In this document: one piece after another, positions 63,191 to 64,000 of the stretch | How positions within the stretch are numbered: position 1 is the first letter of the stretch | Layout: every line of letters begins with the position of its first letter | Assembly: GCA_030704615.1 (NCBI GenBank) | Contig: CM060732.1 | Location: 39,804,001 to 39,868,000, forward strand | DNA from: Takakia lepidozioides | Lineage: Eukaryota > Plantae > Bryophyta | Direction: 5' to 3' | DNA: 64,000 nucleotides | Program-made: the position numbers and the translations under genes | The notes under the pieces: generated by a model | Seen by the model: the letters and a program-made list of their open reading frames with translations, nothing else | Told to the model about the DNA's origin: nothing | Databases searched by the model: none

Positions 63191-63854
63191 CTAACTCAGA
63201 TCAAAACCTGCGCCTGCAGTAATGGCGTATATCAGCTTCTCATGGATAATCTCTTTGCTGCACAAGCGGACACAAACAACCATTAACAGAGAATCTCGAT
63301 GAAGTGAAAAGCTCAAAAGTTCTTTAGAGAATGCGAGAGATAAGTATATAGCCTAGGAGCTCCTACCACAAGCCATTAGATTGTAGATATATTTAGCCAA
63401 GGAAAACACACCAGCTAATAGTGCAAGACAGTTATGGATGTATTCAGTGGGGTAAACTTGCTATAGCCTTGTGGCTAATACACACGCACAGAACAAGGCA
63501 GTCTGCACACCTTCTGTAAGGCGGGAGTTTGAGAAGGTTCATGCAGGTTGCCGAAGTTGGTAAGCGATCCGTCTCTCCTGATGCATCATCAGGGACAGTT
63601 CTGTGCACAGAAGAAATCTCCATCAGTTTTTGACCCTGTCCGAGAAATCTTTGGAGGCTAAGGCAGTCATTTGAAAAAGTTTGTTTCAATTTTCACGACT
63701 GAAATCAATCACTATATTCTCAAACAATGTTTCTCTTATAAGGTGAAAAAGGATGCATAACTAAGAAGTAGGAAGAAAGTACCTCTGTATGCAAAATTTG
63801 GGTTCCAGATATTTGAACCCAAGCAATGGTCCTCGAGAGCATCCTGTGACAAAC
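63191..63854 (-). CDS. UPL6: HECT E3 ubiquitin ligase, last three exons (63783-63854, 63511-63600, 63191-63257); gene continues beyond the window
   Basis: Spliced peptide [75 protein letters not shown] matches the UPL6 C-terminus, including the catalytic Cys. Confidence 0.9.
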
Positions 63855-64000
63855 CTAGGAAGCATCCCATCATATCCACTCAGGACATCTTTTTGAGTAT
63901 CATCCCATTCATATCCCATCCCATGCAAAAATCAAAGAAATGCAAATGGCTCTACACAGTGAGAAAGATTTGAATGATTCCAGCCTGACAGGTCCTGCCC

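Overview
Eukaryotic land-plant genomic DNA, probably a bryophyte or other seed-free plant (inferred from the genes and TE families present). Host genes lie at the edges: a 9-exon NMNAT (527-4792, +) with a LINE remnant in its last intron, an intronless VGT/plastid-type sugar transporter (5891-7573, -), and the last three exons of the HECT E3 ligase UPL6 (63191-63854, -). The centre (14292-61851, 47.6 kb) is bounded by long inverted repeats and a short target-site duplication (AGGA or AGGAT), so it looks like one giant TIR-bounded composite element inserted at a degenerate Crinkler-like gene. It contains four notable parts. (1) A ~25 kb long-TIR Mutator-like element (15148-40144) whose SWIM transposase resembles the domesticated At4g13970/At1g60560 family and which carries a Ulp1 SUMO-protease gene. 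(2) A 12.4 kb CACTA element (24050-36493, TGC TSD) inserted into that transposase and carrying an FCP1-like HAD phosphatase domain. (3) A decayed Ty3/gypsy element (54801-60848, -) whose polyprotein holds a DNMT3-like cytosine methyltransferase between protease and RT, plus a PHD finger at the integrase C-terminus. (4) An inferred ~11 kb inversion (49504-60848) that swapped gypsy gag and MULE halves. All TE ORFs are pseudogenised. Family assignments come from motif recognition, not database searches.
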